A DNA stretch of 63,468 bases, filler included, from Candidatus Fermentibacterota bacterium (GCA_016928395.1; 11 parts of 11 records of this genome joined end to end with filler, not necessarily neighbours in it); one strand, 5' to 3'; counted from the first letter of the whole stretch, positions 21,729 through 32,978 are shown. Numbers and translations are program-made. Notes: a model not told the origin generated them from the sequence alone.

Positions 21729-22520
21729 GTGGACCAGGCCGTGGACTTCGTGCTCTCGAAGCTGAACCTCTCCGTGGGCACGCGTGCCGAGAGCGCCCAG
21801 GCATCTGTCGCCTATGAGCTCCCGCCCGCGGCGGTACGGGAAGCCATCGTGAATGCAGTGGCGCATCGCGACTACACAAGCCGCGGCAGCGTGCAGGTCA
21901 TGCTGTTCGCTGATCGGCTGGAGGTCTGGAATCCCGGCACGTTGCCGCCTGCGCTGACACTGGCGCAACTCCGCGAGCCCCATGGCTCCATTCCGGCCAA
22001 CCCGCTGCTGGCGGAGCCTCTCTATCTCGCCAAGTACATCGAGCGCATGGGTACCGGCACGGGCGACATGATCCGTCTGTGTCGCAAGGCTGGCTTGCCC
22101 GAGCCGGAATTCGCAATCCGCGACGGCTTCCTGATCACCCTCCGTCGTCCGGCGCGCGTTGTCCGTCTCGCCGCAGGGGAAGTCACGGGGGAAGTCGAGG
22201 CCCAAGGGGCTTAAGCCACCGGACAAGTCGCCGGACAAGTGACCGGACAAGTCGCCGGACAAGTCGACATTGATCCATGGGTCTTCAGGGTGCTGACGGC
22301 CTGTGCGGAAGGTCCACTCAAGAGCATCGAGATCCAAGCCGCGGCAGGCCTCAGGCATCGAGAGACATTCCAACGGAACTACCTCGACTACCTGCTCCGG
22401 GAAGAACTGGTCGAACGAACTGTACCCGATAAGCCGCGCAGCCGCCTGCAGAGGTATCGGCTGACCCCCAAGGGACGTGCGCTACTGGAACACCTGAGCA
22501 GGGGGGAATCCCAACGGTGA
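21729..22520 (+). pseudogene. 5'-truncated HATPase_c_4 + Fic-associated HTH gene interrupted by an in-frame TAA (22212-22214)
   Basis: VREAIVNAVAHRDY, LEVWNPG, ERMGTG; the same frame resumes with (T/A)GQV repeats and PDKPRSRLQRYRLT. Confidence 0.8.
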
Positions 22521-22800
22521 TCCGGCGCTTTCATACTGCCGCCCTCCATGTTCCTTCTGGTCACACCAAGACGTTCGATGTCGAGTGTTCGATGTTGCAC
22601 GCTCTCGCGCCTGGCTCCTCACGCCCGACGCCCGACCAACTCCTGCCCCCTGTAACCTGCCCCCTATTCCCCGTCACCTATACCCTATGCCCTCACTCGA
22701 TGCTCGTGGAGTCATTGCATCTCAGGAGTCTGAGGGCTTTTCGGAGTGGCTCAATGCTCCGCACATGGCGCCACTGGCTGCAGACGGAGCTGTCGTGGCG

Positions 22801-25629
22801 ATGACCGCCCGTTCTCGCGCGGCATTGGGAATCGTGTTTGTCGTGGCCCTTGCCTCGTATGCCGTACTCGATCATCTCGTCCCCCCCGGCAAGGTTCTCC
22901 AAGAACGCATCATGGGAATCGGATACGATCTCGTGTACCGTCATCCGATCCTCACCGCCAAGATCGCGCTCCGCGTGGGGAATGAACGCACCAAAGGTGA
23001 TGTCATCGAGGGGCTTCTGAGCGCCGATGACATCGCGGGGGTTCCCCTTCTTCTGGGCTGCCTCGATGAGAAGAGCGCCCGCATGCGTCTCGGCGCCATC
23101 GGCATTCTCGGTCATCTTGAAGACCCCCGCGCCGTACGGCCACTGATCCGCCTCGTGCGGGACGACAAAGACTTGCGGATGTGGGCGGCCCAGGCACTCG
23201 CCCGAATCGGCGAGCCCGCCGTTGATGGGCTGTCGACACTCCTGGATCATGCCGACCCGCTGGTTCGCCTTCAGGCGATTGAGGCTCTAGGCAGAATCCA
23301 GGCACCCGGTGTCGATGAGGCGCTCTTCAGAGCCATGGGTGACGAGCTTCCCTTCAACAGAGCTGTTGCGGCTGCACCCCTTGCACTATCGGGACACGCG
23401 GAAGTCGCAGACACCCTTATCCGTTGGAACGACATCGCCTGGCGTGCCACCGAATCGGCTATTCTCGCCTTGGACAGCCTGGCCGTCCCGGCGCTCATCC
23501 GGGCTGCCCACTCGGACGACTGGACGGTTCGGGAGGATGCCATCGGCTACCTCGGAGCGATCGCGGACCCGCGTTCCGTAGAGGTCCTGCTGGAGCGATT
23601 GGAGGATCAGTACTGGTCCACAAAGCTGGCTGCTGCGAGGGCACTGGCGAGAATTGGAGATTTGACCACGGCACCGGCGCTTCTACATGCCTACCTACAC
23701 GAATCGACGCTGCTTGCCGAGCCGTTTCGTAAGGAGCTGGTCTCCCTCTGGGGCAAGCCCAGAACAACCGAACTCCTCCCCTACCTCGAATCGTCGAACG
23801 ATACGCTGCGCCAGCGAGCCGCTGAGTTGCTGGCCCTCTCGACGGATCCGCCTGCCCTGAGAGCACTTGTTCCCCTGCTACGAGACCCCCTCTGCCCACT
23901 ACGAGCGCAGGCCGTGAAAGCCATCGAATCGCTGGGGGGAACGGAGACGGCGGACCTGCTGGCTGCCCTGAGGGATTCCTGCGAGGCGGTTCGAGTTGCG
24001 GCGGCCGGTGCCGTAGGCAGGCTCCGAATGCGACCGGCCGTCCCGCTTCTGCTGAAGCTGCTGGAGAGCGACGCGGTGAAGGCGCGAGTTGCTGCCATCG
24101 ATGCGCTGGGGCATTTGGGGGGACCGGCAGCAGATTCCGCGCTTGTGGCGGCGCTGCGCGATCAGGACTCCGGGACCCTTACGCACGTTCTGGAGGCACT
24201 TATGGCTGCGAAGACTCCAGTGCCACCCGAGGCGTTGTCACCGTTCCTCGGCAGTGCAGACAGAAGCATTCGATCCAAGGCAACATTGGTCCTCAACAAT
24301 TCAAAAGGGAATGGCGCCCTGTCCGCCCTGGAGCGCATGTTGCAGGACCGAAGACCCGCGGTGGCGCAAGCCGCTGCCAGGGCGCTCGGAATCAGAGGTG
24401 GTGATGATGCGGTCGACCTCCTGGCACGTGCGCATTCGGTCAGGAATGATCTGGGAGGAGCCTGTCTTGAGGCCCTGAGAGCGATTGGAACGCCAGCGGC
24501 ACTGAAGAGCCTTGCGGATGTGATGGCCAGCGCTGGCGGCCCTTCCGGCGGTGGAAATCGCGATGAACGCGCTGAGGGGACTTGGCGTTCGCCACGGTCG
24601 GCTTCCTCTCAGGTCCTGGGCGATGGCCTGGACCACAGCAGCCCAAGTGCACGGATGCGGGCGAGTCAACTCATGCTCGAATCGGGCGACTTCCGCGCGG
24701 TTCCGGTGCTAGTGGGTCTGATGGGATGTGCGCAAGAGCATGTGATGGAGGAGGCGATCAACGCGCTGTCTGAAGTGTACGACCACGCGGTTGCCCAGTT
24801 GGAGTCCGCCGCCACCTCCAGGGACGTGTACGTACGATTGGGTGCGTGTGGGATTCTCCTCGCGAACAAGCGCTCGCGGTATGCGGACCCCATACTCAGG
24901 GAACTCCGCAACCCTGAGCCATCGATCCGCCGATGGGCTGCCCACATCCTGCGCATGATGGACGCATCCGACTATTCGGGCAGATTGAGGCTTCTGCTCC
25001 ACGATGAGAACCCAGATGTGCGCAAGGAGGCATTCGGCGCGCTCTGCCAGCTCGGTGATAGTGCATCGACCCAGAGGCTCGCCGAGGTTATCGTGTCGGA
25101 GGTCGAGAGCCACGTGGGAGCACCGGTGTGGATCATCAGCACGCCCTTGTCGTATGTGACCTACCTTGTCCAAACCCACGGTGCGCCCGCTATCGATGCG
25201 CTGTCCACGCTGCTGAGTGACGCAGATCCGTGGCTGCAGTACGCCGTGTGGGAGGAGATCGCAGACGCCGGCGACACGACAACTGCGCCTTACTTCGTGG
25301 CCCTTACGAGGGAGAACCTGCCAATGCTCGCGCAGATCGCGCGATCCGCGCTGATCAAGTTGGGTGAGCCTGCACTGCGAGAGGTGCGTGCCAATGTCGG
25401 CGACAAGTGCGCCGAGACACGGCGGACCGCAGCGTACGTCCTGGGCAAGAACGGCACCGCCGGAGATCTTCCCATGGTCGAGCGACTGCTCAGCGACAGA
25501 AACCGCCTCGTTAGAGCCGAGGCTGTCCGCGCCCACGCTCGTCTCAAAAACAGAATCAACCACGAGCTCTATCCTCGCCAGAAGCGCACGTACGACTACT
25601 GGTATTCCGGGGAGATGGAGGTCGACTAG
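22801..25629 (+). CDS. Membrane-anchored HEAT/PBS-lyase repeat protein
   Basis: N-terminal TM; many VR..AA.ALG repeats; start uncertain. Confidence 0.88.
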   Translation: MTARSRAALGIVFVVALASYAVLDHLVPPGKVLQERIMGIGYDLVYRHPILTAKIALRVGNERTKGDVIEGLLSADDIAGVPLLLGCLDEKSARMRLGAIGILGHLEDPRAVRPLIRLVRDDKDLRMWAAQALARIGEPAVDGLSTLLDHADPLVRLQAIEALGRIQAPGVDEALFRAMGDELPFNRAVAAAPLALSGHAEVADTLIRWNDIAWRATESAILALDSLAVPALIRAAHSDDWTVREDAIGYLGAIADPRSVEVLLERLEDQYWSTKLAAARALARIGDLTTAPALLHAYLHESTLLAEPFRKELVSLWGKPRTTELLPYLESSNDTLRQRAAELLALSTDPPALRALVPLLRDPLCPLRAQAVKAIESLGGTETADLLAALRDSCEAVRVAAAGAVGRLRMRPAVPLLLKLLESDAVKARVAAIDALGHLGGPAADSALVAALRDQDSGTLTHVLEALMAAKTPVPPEALSPFLGSADRSIRSKATLVLNNSKGNGALSALERMLQDRRPAVAQAAARALGIRGGDDAVDLLARAHSVRNDLGGACLEALRAIGTPAALKSLADVMASAGGPSGGGNRDERAEGTWRSPRSASSQVLGDGLDHSSPSARMRASQLMLESGDFRAVPVLVGLMGCAQEHVMEEAINALSEVYDHAVAQLESAATSRDVYVRLGACGILLANKRSRYADPILRELRNPEPSIRRWAAHILRMMDASDYSGRLRLLLHDENPDVRKEAFGALCQLGDSASTQRLAEVIVSEVESHVGAPVWIISTPLSYVTYLVQTHGAPAIDALSTLLSDADPWLQYAVWEEIADAGDTTTAPYFVALTRENLPMLAQIARSALIKLGEPALREVRANVGDKCAETRRTAAYVLGKNGTAGDLPMVERLLSDRNRLVRAEAVRAHARLKNRINHELYPRQKRTYDYWYSGEMEVD

Positions 25630-25674
25630 GGTGATCATTGACGCCTGGCCTCAGCCCCACGTCAGCAAGAACCC

Positions 25675-25932
25675 TGCTCCCTCCCCGCACCTCACTCCTC
25701 GATTTCCCCTTTCGGATTCTCCGCGCGTGGGGGCTAGTTGCTTCCCCCTCGCCCCGCGGGAGAGGGTGGGGTGAGGGCACGTCGGACACCTCCCCCTTTC
25801 GCAAAGGGGGATCGTGGGGGATTTCGTACTTCGGTCTTCCCGCGCAGCGCGTCCGGTGGGAACGACTTGAGTCGTGATCGAGCGAAGTGGATAGATGGGG
25901 TTCCGCCTTCCGCACTCCGCACTCCGCGTTCG
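25675..25932 (+). repeat. Repeat mosaic (CCCCCT..AGGG hairpins; TCCGCAC heptamers)
   Basis: ccccctcgccccgcgggagaggg; ccccctttcgcaaaggggg; ttccgcactccgcactccgcg. Confidence 0.65.
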
Positions 25933-26129
25933 AGAGGCTTTCCGCGCCAGAGGGCAATGCTTGACGTCACGGGCGGGGCGGGGCTTCTTCCGACCCATTC
26001 AGCTCCGAGGGACACCTTCACCCAGGGGCCGTGATGGATACGATCGGATCGCACGCCCTCCACTCCCGCTCGCCGCGCCGATCCCCGGCATTCGCCCAGG
26101 GGCCCGGCCACGCCGGAACCGGCACTGCC

Positions 26130-26153
26130 CACTATTCTCGCATTAGAATAGTG
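26130..26153 (+). repeat. Palindromic element copy 3
   Basis: CACTATTC-TCGCATTA-GAATAGTG. Confidence 0.75.
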
Positions 26154-26427
26154 CTTCGTGCGTGCGATTCTTGCTCGGCCGCGGGCCTCTCTACCAACGA
26201 GTTCGGCTTTCTGTCGTGCGCGAATCCCAATAAGCAATACCTGACCCTCAATCTCACGGGCCTGTTATCAGCACGCCTGCCTGTGGTATGTCTCCGGTAA
26301 GGAGATGACGAACACAACACTTCGGGCNNNNNNNNNNNNNNNNNNNNNNNNNNNNNNNNNNNNNNNNNNNNTTAATTAATTAANNNNNNNNNNNNNNNNN
26401 NNNNNNNNNNNNNNNNNNNNNNNNNNN

Positions 26428-26744
26428 ATCCTTCTTCGCCAGCCTCGCTTCCAGCCTCGCTACCTTCTCTTCCAGCTCCCGTTCCCGGCTCGATGCTCGC
26501 CGCGGCGAGAACACGGTCGCTGCTCTTTCCAGCAGATCTCGTTGCCACCGGCAGAATACGCTTGGCTTCACCCGTCCCTCCTCGCAGACCTGCGAGACAG
26601 GTACCTTCTCCACCACATGCCGCCGGAGCAACGCTGCCTTCCGTTCCGCACTGTGATGTCGTCGCACTCGGTCGCTCATGATAACCTCCTTCCCGTGTCT
26701 CTCACACGGATCCCAGGCTGTCTCGTTCCGCCGGAGGCAAAACA
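26428..26744 (-). mobile_element. IS3-family element: left end plus partial orfA (ATG at 26679)
   Basis: HTH_Tnp_1-like RRHHSAERK...VSQVCEE...WQ, leucine zipper; terminal TGTTTTGCCTCCGGCGGAAC. Confidence 0.8.
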
Positions 26745-28750
26745 GTAACACGATGCGAGTAGTAGTCTGCTGGGGTTTTGTGATGCCAGGGTATGCTGAA
26801 CAGCAGGGCGTGGCGGTGGGCGATCAGGTCGCGGAGGAAAACCAAAGCGGCACTCGCCACATCGTCGGCGCACTCCAGGGTCTCGATGAGTCGGCGCACG
26901 GACAACGTGCCGTCGGCGAGCCGTATGAGGCGTCCCTCCGTCGGCGTGATCTCCCGCGGTGTGGGCGGGTTCGTTCTGTGAAAGGCCAGTGACTCGTGCA
27001 CAGCCACCGGGGAGAGGTTCACCCTTGAGCTCTCGTGGATCTCACCCAGTACCATGGGGAAGGCCTCGTCATGACGGACTTGGTCAAGGCAGGCGAGGGC
27101 CATTTCGGTATCCATGAGCCCGTGGGAGGCTGCGAGGAACAGGAGAATCCGCCGGTTGTGCCCGGGCAAGAGGTATCGCAACCGGTCCCAGGTCACGGTG
27201 CGGAGTCGCATGTCCGTCTCGAACTGGAATCTCCGGAGCACGACCATGGCTTCGTGATGCGACAGACCGCGTGAAACGGCATACGAGCCGGGCGGTTGTG
27301 TCGTAATGCCCCAGTGCCCGGGATCGAGGCCGACCGGGGAGGTGGGTTCAAGGTCGAACACGCACGCCGATACGCTTGCAATGTGACCGGCGTGGCGCTC
27401 CAGCAGTTCTACAGTGTGTCGTGCATCCTCTTTGGTCTCGCCGGGGAACCCGAACATGACAAAGGTCTGGTTCGCGATGCCTGCCGCTGCAGTGCGCTGA
27501 AGTACCTGCTCGATGCAGCGTACCTGGGTTCCCTTGTGCATACGATCCAAGACCCGCTGACTTCCGGACTCAAGGCCCCATGAGAATGAGGCGAATCCAG
27601 CGCCGGAAAGGCGTTCGAGGGTCTGATCGTCAGTATAGCCCCTGGTCATCCGCGCATAGGCGTAGAACGACAATCCCTCCAGGTCCGCAGCCTCCAGCCC
27701 CTCAGCGATGGCAAGGGCGCGTTGCGCCGGGAGATCCTCGTCGGTCAACGCGAAATGAGTGCATCCGTAGTCATCCCGGCACTGGCGAAGCCACTCCACG
27801 ATGCGCTCGATCTCGAAGGTGCGGTAGGATCCCCCATAGATGGAGTGGTGCGAGCAAAACGCGCACCTGCCCCACGGGCAGCCCCGGGCAGTCTGCATGG
27901 GCAGCACGAGATCTGCAGAGGCGAGCCGCGGGAGGTCAAATTGGGAGAAATCGGGGGGGGGCAGCCGGCCGAGATCCTCGATGGCCTGCCGCGTGGTATG
28001 GCGGACTGCGCCTTCAGGAGTTCGGTACACCAGGTTGGGAATATCGTCCAGGTTCTTCTGGACCTGTAGTGCCTCGATGAGGCGGATCAGCGTATCCTCG
28101 CCCTCGCCGACGATGAGGTAGTCAAAGCATTCGCTTTGGAACAACTCCTCTGAAACCGGGTGGGGGATGAACGGTGTGAGGGCGCCCCCCACGATGATGG
28201 GGGCGTCGGTCAGGGTTCGTACTTTGTGCCTGATGGCGCGGGTCAGGGGGTCGAAGGAACACTGGAGCGAGAAACCGATTGAATGGGGCGATCCCCGCAG
28301 AATCTCGTCGACATACCGGTTGACGAAAGCCAGATCATGTTCGTCACGATTGGTCGCATAGCCTTCGTATACGGCGAGAAAGGCGGTGGCCAGGTTGCCC
28401 AGCCTCTCGGCCCGCTGTGCATGGAACAGCCTCCGGGGATCGCGGGAGGAGACGACGCTCTCGTAGAGATGCGCGAGATCTGCGGCGAAGGCTTCAGAGC
28501 CCTCCTCCAGCACGTATCGGCGATAGGGTTCGATCCGAAGCCTGCGAACCGCGGTCTCGTCCAGCCCGGCAATGAGATCCCACAACTCCACTGCGTCGCG
28601 ACGGAACATATCCTCAAGCCACCGGGTCTGTCCCCGCACGAGGCGGACCTGAATGCCCGCGTGAGTGCAGGCACCTATGAGCATGGCGCAGCCCAGGTTC
28701 GGCGCATCAACCAGAGTTCTGCCCATGTGCGGTTCGACCAGAGCCAGCAT
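26702..28750 (-). CDS. B12-binding-domain radical SAM protein with C-terminal PqqD/wHTH-like domain
   Basis: IIVGG, GEGE, ARGCPWGRCAFC, GLESGSQRVL, FGFPGET; C-terminal LADGTLSVRRL. Confidence 0.88.
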   Translation of the reverse strand: MLALVEPHMGRTLVDAPNLGCAMLIGACTHAGIQVRLVRGQTRWLEDMFRRDAVELWDLIAGLDETAVRRLRIEPYRRYVLEEGSEAFAADLAHLYESVVSSRDPRRLFHAQRAERLGNLATAFLAVYEGYATNRDEHDLAFVNRYVDEILRGSPHSIGFSLQCSFDPLTRAIRHKVRTLTDAPIIVGGALTPFIPHPVSEELFQSECFDYLIVGEGEDTLIRLIEALQVQKNLDDIPNLVYRTPEGAVRHTTRQAIEDLGRLPPPDFSQFDLPRLASADLVLPMQTARGCPWGRCAFCSHHSIYGGSYRTFEIERIVEWLRQCRDDYGCTHFALTDEDLPAQRALAIAEGLEAADLEGLSFYAYARMTRGYTDDQTLERLSGAGFASFSWGLESGSQRVLDRMHKGTQVRCIEQVLQRTAAAGIANQTFVMFGFPGETKEDARHTVELLERHAGHIASVSACVFDLEPTSPVGLDPGHWGITTQPPGSYAVSRGLSHHEAMVVLRRFQFETDMRLRTVTWDRLRYLLPGHNRRILLFLAASHGLMDTEMALACLDQVRHDEAFPMVLGEIHESSRVNLSPVAVHESLAFHRTNPPTPREITPTEGRLIRLADGTLSVRRLIETLECADDVASAALVFLRDLIAHRHALLFSIPWHHKTPADYYSHRVTVLPPAERDSLGSV

Positions 28751-29017
28751 ACATGCCGTCTTTCAGGAGTGAGAGTCAATACCAAACCTTGAAGATCGCA
28801 TGGTCGTCCATGCCGTGCAACGGTGATACGCTCCGGCCGGGCGCGGACGGGGCCTGCCCGGTATTGGACACTCGGGCGCGGAGACTTCTGACCATCTACG
28901 GGAGCAATGCCACTGTCCTGCAGGACGGTGCGATGGGTGCATCTTCCGGCACGGTCCCTGCAAACGGGAACATGGGGAGGCGGACCACTGATTGCCCCGA
29001 CCTCAAGGAGAACGAGC

Positions 29018-31192
29018 ATGATTTCCGCTTTCCTCGTGATCATGGTTGCCGCGTCAACGCCGTGTCAGATCAGCGCGGTCAGAGTCAACCAAGGGCCTGC
29101 CATCGACGGCCTGCTCAGCGACGCCGTGTGGGATGGCGCCCGGAGGGAGTCCTGCGTGTTTACGCAGTATGGCCCCCATTTCGGCCAGCCTATGTCCGAA
29201 CCGACCGACATCTTCGCGCTGCATGACGAACAGTATCTCTATTTCGGCTTTCACATGCCCGACCCCGACCCTTCCACCATGATGGACGCGCTGACCCCTC
29301 GCGATTCCTATGTCACCGGGGAGTGGATCGCCGTGCTGCTGGATACCTACGGAGACGGACGCCAGGCCACCAGCTTTGAGGTCAGCCTGGCAAACTCGCA
29401 AATGGATTCCAAGCTGTACCCCAGCGGCGTATGGGATTACAGCTGGGACGCCGTGTGGAAGAGCGGGACAGCCCGGGTTTCCAACGGGTGGAGCGCGGAG
29501 ATGGCCATCCCGTTTAGTTGTCTTCGGTTTGACGATACGGATTCCACAGTGACCTGGGGCGTCAACTTCCAGCGGATCCTGAGCAAGAACGTCGAGAACG
29601 GCTGGTATGTGCTCACCGCGACGCGCCAGATGGCCGACCTCGCCAATTTCGCACCCCTCAACGGCCTCCACGGCATTCAGCGGGCACTAGGGGCTGAACT
29701 TAGGCCCTATGCTGCGCACAGGGCGTTTCGTCACACCGCGCTGGATTCGTGGGACGACGGCTCAGAGATCGGCGTCGACGTGAAACTGGGGATTTCGACC
29801 GGGGTGGTGGCAGACCTGACCATCAATCCGGATTTCGGACAAGTCGAGGCCGATGCCGTGGAGATGAATCTCTCCCATTTCGAGCTGTTCCTTGGCGAAA
29901 AGCGGCCGTTCTTCCTCGAGGCACGGAACGTGTTCGACATGCCCTTCAACATGTTCTACTCACGCCGCGTGGGGTCGGTTGCAGGCAATGGCGAGGTGAT
30001 CCCGATCAGGGGGGGCGCGAAACTCTCCGGATCGTTTGGGTCAGACTGGAAGTTTGGATTCCTTGATGCGGTGACCGGCGCGGTCCGCAGCGGTGCAGAC
30101 CTGGCGCAGCCGGCAGCCAACTACGGCATCTTCCGGACCTATCGCCAGTTCGGATCGTACGGGCGCCTTGGTGTGTCGTGCACCAGCCGGGAGATGTGGG
30201 AACAGGAGGGAAGAGATCGTTCATTCAATCGTGCTGCGGCCGTGGACGGTGCCGTTGAGCTGAACGGGCGAACAGTACTGAGCGGTGCGGCGGCCAGAAG
30301 CTGGAACAGTGGCAGGACGGATGACGGGGCATACTCCATCGGACTCGAGCGGCTACGCGGCACGTTCACCTACAGTCTCAGTGGGCGGCACATTGGCGAG
30401 GACTTCGATGTGAATGGGACAGGATTCACCACCGCCACCGGATACCGCTCGGGTGAGGGGAACGCCGGTCTTACTTTGCGACCAGACAGGATTTTCAGCG
30501 AAGTAGGCTTTGGTGTCTCGTCGCGCTACATGGAAGGGACTGACGGCGCAGTCACGGCGCGCACTGCCAGCCTCAACTCCCAGGCGTCGCTCAAGAGCGG
30601 CGCAAACATCGGAGTAGATGTCTCATACCGCGGCAACCGATTCGATCCCTATGAGGGGCCATCGGGTCACTCCTACGGGGACGCCGCGGATGTCTTCGTG
30701 CAGGCGGGTTCCAATCCCTTCAATCCCTTCACGGCGTGGGCGGGCGTAGGAGGAGGACAGTATGAGGCGGGAGGCTCCTTCGCCAACGTCATGGCCCGCG
30801 CGCGGTTGCGGCCTTCGGCTGCTCTGGATCTGGGCGTGCAGGGCCAGTACTTCACTACCTCGGGTTCGGAAAACTACAACTGGACATTGGGCGATTACGA
30901 CACCCGATCCACGGAGTGGAAGAGCCTCATCGTGCGGGCGAACTACCTCTTCAGCCCGGCCCTGAACCTACGGCTCTTCTCTCAGCTTTCCGCGTTCGAC
31001 CGAACCTTCGACATGACGGGAAGCTCCACCGGCAGCGAGGTGCGGACCAATTTGCTCTTCTCGTGGCAGTATCTTCCCGGCAGTATGCTCTATCTGCTGG
31101 CTGAAACGCAGTTCCAGAGTGACGAGTCGGGCCAGTTCCACAAGCCGAACTTAGGCGTCTATGCCAAGGTCACGTGGTTTCTCCCCGTGTAG
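29018..31192 (+). CDS. CBM9-like/DUF5916 outer-membrane protein
   Basis: PAIDGLLSDAVW, WSAEMAIPF, WGVNFQR, NPDFGQVEAD, EKRPFFLE. Confidence 0.88.
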   Translation: MISAFLVIMVAASTPCQISAVRVNQGPAIDGLLSDAVWDGARRESCVFTQYGPHFGQPMSEPTDIFALHDEQYLYFGFHMPDPDPSTMMDALTPRDSYVTGEWIAVLLDTYGDGRQATSFEVSLANSQMDSKLYPSGVWDYSWDAVWKSGTARVSNGWSAEMAIPFSCLRFDDTDSTVTWGVNFQRILSKNVENGWYVLTATRQMADLANFAPLNGLHGIQRALGAELRPYAAHRAFRHTALDSWDDGSEIGVDVKLGISTGVVADLTINPDFGQVEADAVEMNLSHFELFLGEKRPFFLEARNVFDMPFNMFYSRRVGSVAGNGEVIPIRGGAKLSGSFGSDWKFGFLDAVTGAVRSGADLAQPAANYGIFRTYRQFGSYGRLGVSCTSREMWEQEGRDRSFNRAAAVDGAVELNGRTVLSGAAARSWNSGRTDDGAYSIGLERLRGTFTYSLSGRHIGEDFDVNGTGFTTATGYRSGEGNAGLTLRPDRIFSEVGFGVSSRYMEGTDGAVTARTASLNSQASLKSGANIGVDVSYRGNRFDPYEGPSGHSYGDAADVFVQAGSNPFNPFTAWAGVGGGQYEAGGSFANVMARARLRPSAALDLGVQGQYFTTSGSENYNWTLGDYDTRSTEWKSLIVRANYLFSPALNLRLFSQLSAFDRTFDMTGSSTGSEVRTNLLFSWQYLPGSMLYLLAETQFQSDESGQFHKPNLGVYAKVTWFLPV

Positions 31193-31250
31193 CCGGCGCA
31201 GAGGATCGCGATGCGGATCCAGCATGGGTGACGGATCCGGAGTGATCAGG

Positions 31251-31784
31251 ATGGGCTGTCTCCCCGGTTCAATCGCCGGGGCGGCTGCAGCTGTTCAGTT
31301 GCTGAGGCGTCGCCGGACGTGTGCCACCCTGGCTTTCGTGATTGCGGCGGCAGGGTGCGCGATTCCCGCCCAGCATCCGGTGGTGATATCTGCAGCATAC
31401 CCTGCCCTTGAACAGGAAACCATGCTCCGCGTCAATGCCCACCGTGCAGCAACGGGTCTGCGGCCGCTGGTCTGGGACGAGGCCATCGCATCCCAGTGCC
31501 GGGCTCACTGTGCCCGGATGGCCGGCGCCGATCGCAACCTCGGCCACGAGGGCTTCCCCGATCGAGTGAAGGCTCTTCGCCGCGTCATGCGCCTCACGCG
31601 GGCCAGCGAGAATGTGGGGAGCAACTACGGGTTCGGTGATCCGGTCGCCGCGGCGTTGGAGGGATGGCTGGAAAGTCCTCCCCACCGCCAGGGCATCGAA
31701 GGGTCCTATGTCGCCACCGGTATAGGCGTCGACCGAGGCCCCAGCGGCACCTACTACTTCGCCGAGATCTTCGTGAAGAAGTAG
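31251..31784 (+). CDS. CAP/SCP domain protein (probable lipoprotein; start uncertain)
   Basis: VNAHR..GL.PL, ENV, WLESPPHR, GIGV. Confidence 0.8.
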   Translation: MGCLPGSIAGAAAAVQLLRRRRTCATLAFVIAAAGCAIPAQHPVVISAAYPALEQETMLRVNAHRAATGLRPLVWDEAIASQCRAHCARMAGADRNLGHEGFPDRVKALRRVMRLTRASENVGSNYGFGDPVAAALEGWLESPPHRQGIEGSYVATGIGVDRGPSGTYYFAEIFVKK

Positions 31785-31877
31785 GGCGGGCTCGACCTCG
31801 GCGGGAGTTTGCAGGGTTCAGGGTCCAGGGTTCAGTCGGGCCTCTGAGCGCGGGGCGCCCTCAGAATTCTCAGGGTT

Positions 31878-31963
31878 GGTACAGGTTCAATACATAGGTA
31901 ACGGGAATAGGTCAATACATGGGTAACGGAAGGAGGTAGACTGAGCCGGTCGAAAGGAGGACC
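31878..31963 (+). mobile_element. Probable IS481-family left end cut by the contig edge
   Basis: Two direct repeats TCAATACAT(A/G)GGTAACGG (31887, 31912) followed by an AAGGAGG RBS at the edge. Confidence 0.55.
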
Positions 31964-32063
31964 NNNNNNNNNNNNNNNNNNNNNNNNNNNNNNNNNNNNN
32001 NNNNNNNTTAATTAATTAANNNNNNNNNNNNNNNNNNNNNNNNNNNNNNNNNNNNNNNNNNNN

Positions 32064-32978
32064 CACACCGGACGCTGGTCGTCGGGGAGCATTATGATTT
32101 GATACAAGCCCGGCGGCAGGAGCAGAAGACGGAGGCCTTCCGGGCCGATACGAGGACGAGGGGCAGCCAGTGGAGTACCTGGGGGTACTGAAGCGAAGCG
32201 AGCACGGGGACCTGATGGATGTGGGGCTGGGGAGGTATAGTGGGACCTGCAAGGGGCGGCAGTACTATGAGACGACGAAGCGGGTGTATGGGCGGGAGTG
32301 CCGTGTGGTAGTGACGTATTCGGCAGCGCGGGAGGGGCATGAGTTACGGGGATTCAACCATCGGATCGAGGGAGCGAAGAAGGAGCTGCGGAAGGTGTGG
32401 GGGTTGTACTGGGGGAAGGAGAAAGGAGAGCGGACGCGAGGGCGGCTGGATCAGGTGTTACGGGAGCAGCAGGTGGTGGGAGCACAGGCGCGGCGGTATG
32501 TGGAGTACGAGATCGAGGGGAATACGCTGCGGGTGAGGCGGAAGGGATTCGAATGCCGGGAGAAGAAGAAGCAGTTCGGGAAGCGGGTGTTGTTCACGAA
32601 CCGGATGGGGATGCGCGTGGAGGAGATGATCGAGCTGGATGGGGAAAGGCGGAAGGTGGAGGACGCTTTCAAGGAACTGAAGGATCGAAGCGAGGTGAGC
32701 ATGTGGCCGATCCGGAACTGGACGGACACGAAGATCCGGATGCATGCGTTCTGCTGCGTGCTGGGGCTGTTGCTGCTGAAGCTGCTGCTGCTGGAAGCGG
32801 AGGAGGCGGGATTGAGCATGAGTGCGCGGGTATGGCTGTTAGCGATGGGAGGCATACGGGAGGCGTATCTGGTGTACCAGGACGAGAGCGGTGGCCGGGT
32901 GCTGGAGAAGAACAGCCCGCTGGCGGAACAGCTGAGCGATCTGTACGGGCTGGATCGCTACTTCTAGGTAACTACACA
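32064..32978 (+). mobile_element. IS1634-like (IS4 superfamily) transposase, 5'-partial; stop at 32967
   Basis: FGKRVLFTN, VEDAFKELK, PIRNWTDTKIRMHAFCCVL. Confidence 0.82.
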
